From: Mobula hypostoma
Taxonomy: Eukaryota
Direction of reading: 5' to 3'
NCBI RefSeq assembly: GCF_963921235.1
Contig: NC_086108.1
Span: 88,166,001 to 88,230,000, forward strand
DNA length: 64,000 bases
Shown piece by piece: positions 50,050 through 63,385 of the stretch. Under the pieces are notes generated by a model. The model did no database searches. It saw nothing but the letters and a program-made list of their open reading frames with translations, and was not told where the DNA came from. Numbering within the stretch: the stretch's first letter is position 1; every line of letters begins with the position of its first letter. Position numbers and translations under genes: made by a program.

Positions 50050-51570
50050 GCATAGAACATAAAGCAGTAGAGAACAGTACAGGCCCTGAGCCCACAGTGT
50101 CATGCCAACCTTTAACCCACTCTAAGACCAATCTAACCCACATCTTTCATCTACATGCCTACCTAAGTTTCTGAAATGTCCCTAATGTATTGGCCTCTAC
50201 CACTACCCCTGGCAGTGCATTCCATTCACCTACCACTCTCTGTGCAAAGAACCAACCCTCTGACACCACCCTTCTCTTTACTTTCGTCCAAACACCTTAA
50301 AGTTATGCCTACTCTTATTAGCCATTTCCACCCTGGGAAAAAGTCTCTGGCTGTCAACTCTATCAATGCCTCTTATCATCTTACACACCTCTGTCAAGTC
50401 ACCTCTCATTGTCCTTCACTCCAAAGAGAGAAGCCCTAGCTTGCTCAACTTATCCACATAGGACATTTCTCTAATCCATTTAGCATCCTGGTAAATCTCC
50501 ACTGTATCCTCTTTAAAGTTTCTGCATCCTGTCTATAATGAGGCAACCAGAACTGAGCACAATATTCCAAGTGTAGTCTGACCAAAGTTTTATAAAGCTG
50601 CAACATTATCTCACAGCTCTTGAACTCAATCCCCCATCTGAGTGACATACCACAGTATCAACTTGCACTGCAACTTTGAAGGATCAGTGGAAATGTGTTC
50701 CTACACACTACAAAGAATCCTCCCATTAACCCTGTATTCTGCCTTTAATTTCAATTTTCCAAAGTGAATGACTTCATACTTTTCCAGTTTGAACTTCATC
50801 TGACACTTCTCAGCCCAACTCCGCAATCTATCACAACACCACCATTCCTCATGTTATCTGCAAACTTACTAACCCCAGCTTCCACTTCATCATCCAAGTC
50901 CTTTATAAAAATCACAATGAGTAGGGGTTCCAGAACAGATCCCTGTGAAATACCAATAGTCAACAACCTGCAGGTAGAATATACTCCATCTACTAACACC
51001 CTCTGCTTTCTTTGGGCAAGCCAATTTTGAATCCACGCAGTCAAGTTTCCCTGGAACCCATGCCTCCTGACGTTTTGAATCAGCTGACCATATGAAACCT
51101 TGTCAAATGCCTTGCTAAAATTCATAATCACCACATACACTTCTCGGCCTTCATAAATTTGTTTAGTCACTTCCTTAAAGAATTCAATCAGGTTCATGAG
51201 GCATGACCTGCCCCTCACCGAGCCATCTTGACCATCCCTAATCAGACTATGCCTCTCCAAATGGTTGTAACTCCTGTCTCTAAGAATTCTCTCCAACAGT
51301 TTGCTCTCTACTGATATAAGACTTAATGATCTATAATTGCCGGGGTTACCCCTACTTTCTTTCTTGAACAAAGAAATAATATTTGCCATTCTCCAGTCTT
51401 CTGGTACAACTCATATGGCCAGTGATGAAGCAAAGATCTTTGCCAAAGGCACGGCAATGTCTTCCCTCGCTTCCTGTATATCCCGTCTGGCCTTTGGAAC
51501 TTATCTATCCTAATATTTTCAAAATTTCAACATATCCTCTGAATGTTGAAATGTTCCAGCATATCAGTCT
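50050..51570 (-). mobile_element. Older CR1-type LINE fragment
   Basis: PGNYRSLSL, NFSKAFDKV, GISQGSVL, SKFAD, LEYCAQFW. Confidence 0.82.
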
Positions 51571-52432
51571 CAATCTGACACATTTGTCAAGATAATAGAA
51601 ACTTTTCTCCTTGAATCTAATAGGCATCAGTTCCGCTAAGACTCCTTAACGTCATATTTGGTCAAATTCTATTTGATGTCAAGAGCATTCATTCTCACCT
51701 CACCTCTGGAACTCAAGTCTTTTATTTATGTTTTAACCAAGGCTACAATAAGCCCTGGAACCATATGGTCCCGGTAGAATCTAAACAGAGCATTAAGGAG
51801 ATGTCAAAATCTTACAGCGGTACAGAGTACTACACTAAATTTGCCAAAATTAGTCTTTTTTCCATATTTTAACCATAGCTACAAAGAGCCCTGCTGCCTT
51901 GTGGCCCTGACAGAATCTAATTGAGGAGTTATAATTGAGAAATTGTAAAAATCTTACTGTAGTACAGAATTTAACATTAAATTTGCCTAAAGAAGCCTTA
52001 ATGGTAAAATTTCGGTTGTTTGCTAACAATAACTGAATGCGAACTTTGCAAGTGATTCAAAGATTCAAAGTACATTTATTATCAAAGTATGGATACAGTT
52101 TACAACCCTGAGATTTGTCTTCCCACAGACAGCCACCAAACAAAGAATCACCATGGGACCCATTGAAAGGAAAACATCAAACTCCCAATGTGCCAAGAAA
52201 AAGAACAAATCACCCAAATGGCAAAAAAAGAGTGAAAAACACAGAATATAAAACATCAAAACACAAAGTAATTGAAACAGTCCAGGAATGTTTAATTTAG
52301 TTCAGTTCAATTTAACGTGTGTTGTTCATTGACTGCAGGGTACAGAGCCAGTCCACCTAAACATCCTGTACTTCCATAAATAAGAGTTTATATTACTATT
52401 TATTCTCATTAGCAGCAGCTTATATTTACATT

Positions 52433-52659
52433 CAAAGGAGCTGGAAGAACTCAATGGGTCAGGCAGTACTTATGGAGGGAAACGGACAGTTGCTAATGTG
52501 ATCAAGACCCTTATTCGGGACTGCTTCTGTTGAAAGGCCTCGATCTGAGATGTCGGCTGTCCCTATCCCTCCATAGATGTTTCCTGACCTGCTGAGTTCT
52601 TCCAGCTCCTTTGTGTATTGCTCCAGATTTCCAGCATCTGCAGTCTGTTCTGCCTCTTG
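52433..52659. mobile_element. Short Penelope-derived palindromic element with 10-bp TSD
   Basis: Arms caaaggagctggaagaactca / tgagttcttccagctcctttg. TSD TATTTACATT at 52423-52432 / 52660-52669. Confidence 0.82.
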
Positions 52660-54789
52660 TATTTACATTGTAATCTTCACATTAAAAATTCACATCACAA
52701 TTTTTATTCTCACAAGTCAATGAATATGTTGTAAAAAAAAATCACTCCCTACTTTGTACATAGTTTTCTTCTTCTGATTGTTCTTTCTTTCCTCTCCTTT
52801 CTATAAGTGCACAGCTCAGATAAATATTATGTGGAGATTTGTGACAAATATGACTATATGATATATATGTACAGTATCTGAAATACGCCTTATGGAAAGT
52901 TTTGTTTGATGATGAACTTCAATAAAAAATAAATTACAAAAAAAAGAATAAGGAAGTTGAAAGCTGGGTGTTAAAAACAGTGGCAAATAATGTGATGAGA
53001 AAGGGGCCTTCAAGAAAGGTGGAGCTTATGTGGATAATGTAATAAATATAGTTTAATCTTATATGAGGTGGTGACAAAAAACGTTTCCCCAAAGATTTAA
53101 GGACCTCTACTAGGCTATACACAGAAATCTACAGTCTGTGCAAAAGTGACAGGAGGTTTTGCACATTGCATTTGGGAAGAGGCATGGGAATGTAATCTTC
53201 CTTCTAAACTGATATCTGAACTTTGAGCATTAAGTTATAAAATATAATTGCCCAAATTAATAGCTAACTTGCAGTTGAAAACTACTGTGGAAAAAAAATC
53301 TCTCTGTTCTATGAGTTTTCATCAGGAAGCAGATAGATCCTTGAGATATCAGTGTTATTGTTTGAATGTCTTTCATGAAAGCACAGCTTTCACTGTGAGG
53401 AAACAAATACACTCTGCCCACTACTCCCTTTGCCTTCAGAGAAGGAGACAAGATAAAAGGGTCTGGAACAAATCTTATAAAGTAGAACTTCCTGAAACGG
53501 CAGCTCACGAGTGCTTTCACTGTGAAACCTAGTTAATTAGATCAAAAGAAATCCAGTTTCAAAATAAAACAGAGCTCATCGAAAGTTAATGAGAATTTTG
53601 CCCTTTGAATTCACACTTTATTATAGCTGAACAGTAATGGTCTAACACTGTATAATTGTGGATGACATTTGGCGGCAAGGTTCACAAAGCAATATAAACT
53701 TGAACAACATTTTACATAACATGATGATTGCTTAAAAGTGATGCAGGAAACCAAAATAGAGGCCAAAACACGGCAATGGCTGACAGCATTGCAAAGAAGT
53801 TGCAGGAGAATAGATTTGAGCTTTGTTTTAAAATGGGACTGATACGGGACTGTAGAACAGAACTGTAAGGCGAGAGGGTGGGTGGGTGGGGAGATATTTG
53901 ATTTTGTTTGCCAGTGTTTAAACATACTCCAAATATCAGACATTTTTCTGTATGTCCAGTTGTTTCAGCTTCACAGGAGGGACTTGTTTCAGAGATGAGT
54001 ATGACTAGTTGCTGAACTACTAGTTTGAATTTAAGCAACTGAAATATCAATTTCTTGCAAAGAAATCCAATGCTGAATTTTCACCTTATTAACCTGACAA
54101 AGAGTAAGCCTAACACTTCAAACCCTGACGTGTTCCTGACTGAAAACTGTGAGGCTGGACTTCTGATGTACTTGGCTGTGATTCCCTCAATGGCTTTGGT
54201 TTGCTCTATGCCTTCAAGAAATTTGCAGCTTTAATAACTTTGGTTTTCTTCAAGATTGAGGCAGTCCAGCAGGTGGATCCATACCTAAAGTTTTAGGCCT
54301 GCTTTGTGACTAAGACTAGAACTATGGTGTTAGTAGTTCAGGACGAAGATTACTTGATTGATTCCCTACCATTTTGGAAGACTCCCTATGCCTTAAGCTT
54401 CAGCAAGGAATTCTAAAGCAATTATGTAATAGTTGATAGCAAACTAGGATGCAAATTGGAGGTTGCCAAAGCTTAGCTTATGGAAATAAAGTTTCATGAC
54501 ATATGTGCTGATGATACACCTGATTCTGATATGGGCCTCCATTATGGACTGAGAGATGGAAGGGGCCAGGGAGAGGGGAATCATGGTTCTGTGATGATCA
54601 ATTAAACCACTTGTTTGGGATCAAATGACCTTGCCTGGTGTCTCAGGGCTGGGTGTATCTGGACCCTTGCCACCTTCCACCCCAGCACTCTTCCTCTGCC
54701 ACCTGTTCCACACCCCTCCTGTGCTGCTCCACTCTTGCCATTCCCAACATCCTTTGCTCCTGCTAGATTTACAAACTTGTTCTCCACTC

Positions 54790-55415
54790 CTCATTGACAA
54801 TACATTGCATTTGCCTTCTTTACCACAGACTCAACCTGTAAATTAACCTTCTGGGAGTCTTGCACGAGGACTCCTACATCCCTTTGCACCTCTAATGTTT
54901 GAATTTTCATTTAGATAATAGTCTGTTCCTTTTACCAAAATGCATTATCATACATTTCCCAACACTGTATTCCTACTGCCACCTTTTGCCATTCTTCCAA
55001 TTTGTCTAAGTCCTTCTGCAAACACATTACTTCCTCAGCACTAACTACTCCTCCATCTATCTTCGTATCATCTGCAAACTTTGGTAAAAGCCATCCATTC
55101 CATTATCGACATAATTAACAAACAAGGTGAAAAGTAGCGTTTGTAATACTGACCCCTGCGGAACACCACTAGTCACTGGCAGCCAACCAGAAAAAGACCC
55201 CTTTATTCTCACTTGCTGCCTCCTTCCTGTCAGCATTCCTCTATCCATTCCAGTAACTTTTCTGTAATGCCATGAGATTTTATCTTGTTAAGCAGCCTCA
55301 TGTATGGCACCTTATCAAATGCCCTTTTAAAATCCAAGTAAATGACATCCACTGCCTCTCCTTTGTTCACTCTGCTTGTTACCTACTTTTACAGAAACCA
55401 TGCTGACCTTCCATG
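54790..55415 (-). mobile_element. CR1-type LINE internal fragment
   Basis: SGWLPVTSGVPQGSVL (ORF 55057-55248) with flanking CR1 homology. Confidence 0.78.
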
Positions 55416-55581
55416 CAGATGCTGGAAATCCAAGCAACACACAGTGAATATAGTGTAGTTAGATTATCAAAAAGTATTTGATAAGGTGCTATACATAATA
55501 AGGGTGATAAGATTGTGGGTCAAACATTAGTATGAACAGAGGATTGGTTAAAAGACTGAAAGCAGAAAAATGAAATAAATT

Positions 55582-56214
55582 CACAAACACGAGGAAATCT
55601 GCAGATGCTGGAATTTCAAGTAACACACATCAAAGTTGCTGGTGAATGCAGCAGGCCAGGCAGCATCTCTAGGAAGAGGTGCAGTCGACATTTAGGGCTG
55701 AGACCCTTCATCAGGACTAACTGAAGGAAGAGCTAGTAAGAGATTTGAAAGTGGGAGGGGGAGGGGGAGATCCAAAATGATAGGAGAAGACAGGAGGGAG
55801 AGGGATGGAGCCGAGAGCTGGACAGTTGATTGGCAAAAGGGATATGAGAGGATCATGGGACAAGAGGCCTGGGGAGAAAGAAAAGGGGGAGGGGGGGAAA
55901 ACCCCAGAGGATGGGCAAGGGGTATAGTGAGAGGGACAAAGGGAGAAAAAGGAGAGAGAGAAAAAGAATGTGTGTATATAAATAAATAACGGATGGGGTA
56001 CGAGGGGGAGGTGGAGCATTAGCGGAAGTTTGAGAAGTCAATGTTCATACCATCAGGTTGGAGGCTACCCAGATGGAATATAAGGTGTTGTTTCTCCAAC
56101 CTGAGTGTGGCTTCATCTTTACAGTAGAGGAGGCCTTGGATAGACATATCAGAATGGGAATGGGACGTGGAATTAAAATGTGTGGCCACTGTGAGATCCT
56201 GCTTTCTCTGGCAT
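55582..56214 (-). mobile_element. Penelope 3' fragment (end of GIY-YIG plus pLTR)
   Basis: Homologous to the right arm of the 13270-16228 element. 13-bp TSD AATGAAATAAATT at 55569-55581 / 56215-56227. The hammerhead GAAA is mutated to TAAA. Confidence 0.9.
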
Positions 56215-56352
56215 AATGAAATAAATTAATCTTTCTCAGCTAGACAAAATACTATTACTTGGGTACATTAGGGATTGATTAGTCCTAGGTCCTTGGCTAT
56301 TTACAATTAATATTTTGTTTTGATGAGCTAGTTGAAATGATACACTGTAAGG

Positions 56353-57593
56353 GAATGCAGTGGATGTTGTATATTTGGATTTTCAGAAGGCCTTTGACAA
56401 GGTGCCACACATAAGGCTGCTTTCCAAGTTAAGAGCTCATGGTTTTACAGGAAAGCTAATAACATGGTTAGAGCACTGACTGATTGATAGGAGGCAGCGA
56501 GTGGGAATAAAAGGATCCTTTTCTTGTTGGCTGCCAGAGACTAGTGGTGTTCTGCAGGGGTCGGTGTTGGGACCACTTTTGTTATGCTGTATATAAATGA
56601 TTTAGATGATGGAATAGATGGCTTCGTTGCCAAGTTTGCAGATGGTACGAAGATATGTGGAGGAACAAGTAGTGTTGAGGAAACAGGTAAGATGCAGAAG
56701 GATTTAGACAGATTAGGAGAATGGGCAAAAAAGTGGCAAATGAAATACAATGTTGGAAAATGCATGGTCATGCAGTTTGGTAGTAGAAATATTTTCTAAT
56801 ATTTTCTAATATTTTTTAGTGCGGAATACTTTCTAAACGGGGAGAAAATCCAGGAATCTGAGATGCAGAGGGACTTGGGAGTCTTTGTGCAGAACACCCT
56901 GAAAGTTAACTTGCAGGTTGAGTTGGTGGTGAGGAAGGCAAATGCAATGTTAGCATTCATTTCAAGAGGTCTAGAATACAAGAGCAAGGATGTGATGCTG
57001 AGGCTTTATAAGGTACTGGTGAGGCCTCACCTTGAGTATTGTGAACAGTTTTGGGCCCCTCATCTTAGAAAAGATGTGCTGGCGTTGGAGAGGGTCCAGA
57101 GGAGGTTCACAAGGATGATTTCAGAGATGAAAGGGTTATCATACGAGGAACGTTTGATGGCTCTACGTTTGTACTCGCTGGAATTCAGAAGATGAAGGGG
57201 GAATTTCATTGAGATTTTTTGAATGTTTAAAGGCCTAGACAGAGTCGATGTGGAAAGGATGTTTCTCATGGTGGGAGAGTCTAGGAAAAGAGGGCACAGC
57301 CTCAGGATAGAGGATCGCCCTTTCAAAACAGAGATGAGGAGTAATTTCTTTAGTTAAAGGGTGGTGAATTTGTGGAATTTGTTGCCACATGCAACTGTGA
57401 AGTCTAAGTTTTTGGTTGTATTTAAGGCAGAGAATGATAGGTTCTTGATTAGACATGGCATCAAAGGTTATGGGGAGAAGGCTGGGAACTGGGGTTGAGG
57501 AGGAGAAATAAAAAGCACCAGCCTGATTGAATGGCGGAACAGACTTGATGGGCCAGATGACCTAATTCTGCTCCTATGACTTATGGTCTTATG
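56353..57593 (+). mobile_element. CR1-type LINE 3' portion
   Basis: LDFQKAFDKVPH, KFADGTK, RPHLEYCEQFW and a cttatgg tail. Possible TSD GTAAGG at 56347-56352 / 57594-57599. Confidence 0.88.
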
Positions 57594-57869
57594 GTAAGGA
57601 ATCAAGATTGTTGATGGTACAAAGATGGTGAGAAATTGAGCTGTGATGTGGATGCATAGTTTGCATCATGTTGCGTTTTCTCGGTGTAAATTCTAGCAAG
57701 TTTCAGGAATCCTACACAAATGGGAAAATCCTCACTTTACTGATTGAGATCCGTTGTTTTTTTTCCAACTGTGCTCTGCCTTATAGGGTCTGAAAGAAGA
57801 GCAAAGCCTTGTGGGGATTCATCAGCATTTATAGTGAGTTCTGCACCAGAATAAAACATTAGTTCAAGC

Positions 57870-58900
57870 GATGATACGAGAGATTGCAGATGTTGGAATC
57901 CAGAGCAACAAAACAACAAACTGTTGGAAGAACTCAATGGATTAAGCAGCATTTATGGAGGCAAAGGGATGGTCCATGTTTCGGGTGAAGGATTGAGAGT
58001 GTAGAGGGAAGGCAGCCAATCTATAGAAATAAGAGGGAGGAGTGTGACTGAGGTTGATAGATGTTGGTTGGAACCAAATAATGGTGTAAATGATGGGCAG
58101 ATGGTGCCAGCTGGGGAAGGAAAGGGGAATGTGGAGGCAAATGCTGCTAGGCGATAGGTGGACCAAGAATAGGGAGGGGTGATAGGAAGATGGATCCAAT
58201 GGAGGATGGAATAGCAAAGGTGAACCAGGGAAGAAGAAATCCCATGAGGTGCCATGGTAGCATAGTGGTTTGTGCCACGCTACTACAGCTTGGGCTGTTG
58301 GCGTTTGGAGTTTGATCCCTGTGTCCTTCCTGTGGAATGCGTGTGTTTCCTCCAGGTGCTCCATAGTTCAAAGACATACGAGTTAGTAGTTTATTTGTTC
58401 ATTGTAAATTGTCCCAGGTTTAGGCTAGGGTTAAATTGGGAGTTGCTGGTGGCATGACTCGAAAGGCCTGAAGGGCTTATTCCACGCTCTTTCTCTGAGT
58501 AAATCCAGGTGGATAGTATATGCGTGATGGGCAGATGGAACCATTTTGGGGAGGGTAGCGAGTCTAGGTAATGCGACAGGTGGGGATTAGAATAGAATAC
58601 GAGAAACAGAACTTGGTTGGACCAGTAGGAGTTGGAAAGAAACATGATGGAGTGGGTTATCTGAAATAGGAAAATTCAATGTTTATACCATTGGGCTATA
58701 AGTTACACATGTAGGATATGAGATGCCGCTATTCTAGTTTGCATTTGACGTCACTGTTGCATTTGACAATGGTGAAGGCCATGGATAGACAGGTCAGTAT
58801 GGGAAGGGGAAACTGAACTGAAATAATATGCAACTTGTAGCTCAGGATGGCCAAGGTGAACAGATTACAAATGTTCTGCAATGTGGTTGCCTAGTCTTCA
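57870..58900 (-). mobile_element. Old Penelope 3' fragment with a tRNA-derived SINE inserted (~58243-58500, + strand)
   Basis: PLE terminus at 57870-57990 and decayed GIY-YIG end at ~58660-58900. SINE head tggtagcatagtgg...gagtttgatccc. Confidence 0.65.
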
Positions 58901-59014
58901 TCTGGTCACCTTCTTGGGAAAGTGAGACTGCCGCATGAGGAAAAATTGTGTCAAATAAGGCTCTATCTATTAGAGCATAGATGAATGAGATGTGATCTTA
59001 TTGAAACCTTGGAT

Positions 59015-60035
59015 CATTATTTGATCTGCACTCTCTAAAATCCAAATCTAAGATGGTTAAAGGAGTCACCCTCGAAGCACTCTATGCGGATGACTGTGCT
59101 CTAATGGCCTACATGGAGTCTGATCTGCAACTGTTTATTGATAGGTTTGAAGAAGACTCGTGTCTGTTTGGCCTCACCATCAGTCTGAACAAAGCAGAGG
59201 TCTTATTTCAGCCTGCTCCTGGGTCCAATGCTGTGCAACCTTTCCATCACCATTGAAGGTACAACACTGAGGGTAGAAAAGGAATTTAAATACCTCGGCA
59301 GTATCATCCCCAGTGATGGTTCCTTGGACAAAGAAAACAATATCAGGATTTGCAGTGCTAGTCACATGCGATCACGTGTGCTAAACCAGCACAATATCCA
59401 AATGTCCACTAAGAATAACTTGTTCAAGGCTGCTGCCCTCACTGACCTCCTGTGTGGTAGTGAACAAAAGGCAACTCAAACTGCTGGAGCAGTTTCACAT
59501 GCGCACCCTGAGATCCATTATGGGCATCTGCTAGCTGACCATATCGCAAACCTGGAAGCTCGCAATAGGACAAAGACTACCAGAATTGATTCCATGATCC
59601 TGAAAGCACAACTTCATTGGACTAGACATATTATATGCCTGGAGGACTCCCTCAGCAGCAGCTCCTCTATTGCCTGTTATCATAGGAAAGCAAAAGCCGC
59701 GGTCGACCTCGTTTGAGGATTAAAGACTGTATGAAAGCATTGCTTACATCATGCTTTCTCCCCGGCATCTGGAACACAGACAGACAGAACTGGCTGGCAT
59801 GCCTTGTTTAAACTTGCTCTCAGAAACTTAGAAGATGGGTGTCACGCCGGCCTGGAGACCACCCAACAGACGAGGAAAGCAGCGACAACACTGTGTCTAC
59901 GGAAGCAGGACAGCTCCCTTGTCCCCACTGTGAAGGTCTATGCCATTCAAAAACTGGTCTCTACAGTCACTTCCAACCACACTTCAGAGGAGTCGGGCAA
60001 ATGCATCCATCATCATCAAAATCGACGGACAACCA
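59015..60035 (+). mobile_element. RTE-clade LINE 3' portion (different family from 27155-29682), decayed
   Basis: LYADDCAL, FGLTISLNK, FKYLGS, QLHW and a C-terminal C2H2-like CPHCEGLCHSKTGLYSH. Confidence 0.8.
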
Positions 60036-60262
60036 GCATACAGAGTATGTAACTGGGGGCATAGTCTCAGCATGTGATTGACTGAAATAAAAGGCAATTT
60101 CTTCAGAGACAGGGTTGTAAATCTTTGGAATTTTCAACCACAATTGATATTCAGCCATTCAAGCTACATGTGGCTGTTAGATACGTTTTTGGACGCAAAC
60201 GGAAATATACTGTATTACCTTGAATACATAACATTGAAGGGAGACATGGGATCAGGGAGATA

Positions 60263-60397
60263 GATGTTCTGATGAAGGGTGTTGGTCCGAAAAATTGTCT
60301 GTTTATGCCCCTCCATAGATGCTGCCTAACCTGCTGAGTTTCTTCAGTTTTTTGTGTGCTGCTGAAGAATTCCAGCATCTGCAGAATCTCTTGTGTC
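60263..60397 (+). mobile_element. Penelope 3' terminal insertion starting at the hammerhead core
   Basis: CTGATGAagggtgttggtccGAAA with the cleavage triplet decayed. 16-bp TSD with one mismatch at 60247-60262 / 60398-60413. Confidence 0.7.
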
Positions 60398-60464
60398 TGG
60401 GATCAAGGAGATAAAGCGTCCAGTCCTGCTTTTATTTCTTATTCCATTGTCCAAACTCTCATAG

Positions 60465-61420
60465 CACTGACAGAACTGGTTAGTAACTCCTGTGTTTGAC
60501 AGTTGTGACAGATCTGGGTACAGACCCTGTGTCTGACAGTAATGACTGAGCTGGTACGGGGAACTGCCCTTGTATCCTTTAGAAAAGATTCAAGATAAGC
60601 GTTATGTTTTGTAACTTCAAAACATTAAATTAATTCAAAGGAAACACGTGAAGTCCAAAAATAAGGGTGTAACATCATCTTTATTTTAAGTGAGGCACAC
60701 ATGTATCACGTGGTAGCGTGATGACTTATGAAATTAACATATTTACACATGTAACCCGTAACTAATATCTAAATGAACAGGAACGCTTATTCAACCAATA
60801 TATATGCAAGATTACTCAAATATTACTGAAATATCAAATACACAACAATAAAGATTAGCTTTATTTGTCACATGTACATCGAAATATACGGTGAAGTGCG
60901 TCACTTGCGTCAAATCAAATCAACGAGGATTGTGCTGGGCAGCCACAAGTGTGATCGTACCTCTGTTGCCAACACAGCATGCCCACAACTTACTAACTAA
61001 CCTGTATGCCTTTGGAATGTGGGGAAGACCGGACCACCTGGAGGAAACGTACACGGTCAGGGGGAGAACATACAAATTCCTTACAGACAGCAACAGGTAT
61101 CTGTTAACACTGACATATCTGGAATCGACCCTGTACTTGGCAGTGATAACTGATCTCAGTACAGAGCCTGTTTCTCACAGTATAGTACTGATTTCCCGGT
61201 GTCCAACAGCAGTGACAGATCTGGGTACCGACCCTGTAGTTACGGAACTGGCTACTGAACCCAGTGTGACAGCGGCGGTAGAGCTGGGTGCTGGCAAGCC
61301 CATGTCTTACAGTAGTGACAGAGCCTGGTGTTGGATTTGTATCTGACACAGCACGGAGTCAGTCACTAACTCTCTGTCTCACCATTGACAGATCTGGTTA
61401 CGACTCTGTGTCTGACAGCA
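60465..61420. repeat. Degenerate ~37-bp minisatellite (60465-60560 and 61100-61420; further units at ~63400-63530)
   Basis: Recurring unit similar to gtgacagatctgggtacagaccctgtgtctgacagta. Confidence 0.65.
60600..60847. mobile_element. Short (~248 bp) solo-LTR-like insertion
   Basis: Termini (C)GTTATG...CACAACA. Near-TSD ATAAG / ATAAA at 60595-60599 / 60848-60852. Confidence 0.5.
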
Positions 61421-61794
61421 TGGTGCCCAGGATTGGATTTCCGTGCAAGCAGGAAGTACAAGGAGGCCGGAGGCCTGGTGATTCGGCTTGCCGGCGTTTC
61501 GAGCCTGTGGTTCGAGGTCACCTCATTGGCTATTCTAGGGATCAATACTGAAGATCAAAGCCTGAAGGTTTATCAGATGTCTGGAAGTTGTACCCTGGAG
61601 ACTAGAGTCCTGTTTTGGAGTTGGAGGAACTGTCCATGTGTGCGGGTGGGTAGGAGGGAGAAGGGCTGAGGAAGGAAAGAGGCTTGTTTTGCTGTTGTTG
61701 TGTCCTGTTGTGTTATTTTCTGTGTTATTCTGCTAAGCATTGTGGGTATGCTATGTTGGTAAGGGAATCTGTGGCGATGGTATTAAATTAAAAG

Positions 61795-63320
61795 CTCATG
61801 TGTACAAAGTCGCAAAGGATAGTGGCAGACTGGAGGATTGGGAAAACTTTAAAAGGCAACAAAGAACGACTAAACAAGAAATAAGGAAAGGGAAGATAGA
61901 GTATGAAAGTAAATTAGCACAAAATATAAAAAACAGATAGCAGAAGTTTTTATAAATATATAAAGTGGAAGAGGGAGGCTAAAGTCAACATAGGTCCCTT
62001 GGAAGACGAGAAGGGGAAATTGATATTGGGTGATAAGGAAATGGCTGAGGCATTGAACTACTATTTTGTGTCGGTCTTCACAGTGGAGGAAACATCTAAT
62101 ATGCCAGAAAATGATGTTATGGACGAAATGGGAGGTGAAGACCTCAATAAAATCACTGTCACTAAAGAGATAGTGATGAGAAAACTAGAGGGCCTGAAGG
62201 TACTTAAGTCCTCTGGTCCTGGTGGGATGCATCCCAGGGTGCTGAGAGAATTGGCGGGGGTTATAGTAGATGTGTTAGTAATCATTTATCAAAATTCTCT
62301 AGACTCTAGGCAGGTCCCGGCAGACTGGAAGACAGCAAATGTCACACCACTTTTTAAAAAAGGATGTAGGCAAAAGACGTGCAACTATAGGCCAGTTAGC
62401 TTAACATCTGTAGTCGGGAAAATGCTTGAAGCTGTCATTAAGGAAGAAATAGCGAAACATTTAGAAAGGAGTGGTTCCATTAGACAGATGCAGCATGGAT
62501 TCAGAAAGTGCAGGTCCTATTTGGCAAAATTACTGGAGTTCTTTGAGGACATAATGAGTGCAGTGGATAGAGGGGAACAGATGGATGTTGTATACTTGCA
62601 TTTCCAGAAGGCATTTGATAAAGTGCCGCATAAGAGACTTATAAATAAGATACGGATACATGGAGTCGGAGGAAGTGTATTGGCATGGATAGTGGATTGG
62701 TTAACCAACAAAAGGCAGAGAGTTGGTATAAATGGGTGTTTCTCCAGTTGGCAGTCAGTGGTGAGTGGGATGCTGCAGGGGTCGGTGCCGGGTCTGCAGC
62801 TGTTTACCATTTACATTGATGATTTGGAAGAGGGGAATGAGTGTAGCATAGCACAATTTGCTGACGACACTAAACTGAGTGGAAAGCAAATTGTACAGAG
62901 GAATGTGGAGAGTCTGCAGAGGGATATAGATAGGTTAAGTGAGTGGGCCAAGGTCTGGCAGATGGAATGTTGGTAAATGCGAGATCATCCACTTTGGGAG
63001 GAATAATAGAAGAGCAGATTATTATTTAAATGGTGAAAAATTGCAGCATGCTGTTGTGCAGAGGGACTTGGGAGTGCTTGTTCATGAATCACAAAAAGTT
63101 GGCTTGCAGGTACAACAGGTTATTAAGAAGGCAATATTGGCCTTCATTGATAGAGGGATTGAATTCAAGAGCAGGGAGGTCATGCTGCAACTGTACAGGG
63201 TACTGGTGAGGCCGCACCTGGAGTACTGTGTGCAGTTCTGGTCTCCATACTTGAGGAAGGATATACTGGCCTTGGAGGCAGTGCAGAGGAGGTTCACCAG
63301 GTTGATTCCAAAGATGAAGG
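61795..63320 (+). mobile_element. CR1-type LINE internal fragment (RT)
   Basis: ORFs 61999-62976 and 62939-63391: NYRPVSLTS, FQKAFDKVPH, QFADDTKL, RPHLEYCVQFWSP. It lacks the 3' tail. Confidence 0.9.
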
Positions 63321-63321
63321 G

Positions 63322-63385
63322 GTGTAAAAGTCTTAGGCACAAAGGTATAGCCAGGGTACCTATGACTTTTTCAACAGTAGTGTAC
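63322..63385. mobile_element. Tc1/mariner-like MITE remnant
   Basis: Imperfect inverted repeat aaaagtcttaggcac / gtacctatgactttt ending ...acagtagtgTA. The left end is lost at the CR1 junction. Confidence 0.45.

Noticed and set aside
51806..51990. Diverged ~45-bp direct repeat pair
   Set aside because: There are only two imperfect copies with no element hallmarks, so it is probably a local duplication.
60465..61420. CRISPR-like array of ~37-bp repeats
   Set aside because: The units are contiguous and degenerate with no unique spacers, there are no cas genes, and the context is eukaryotic.
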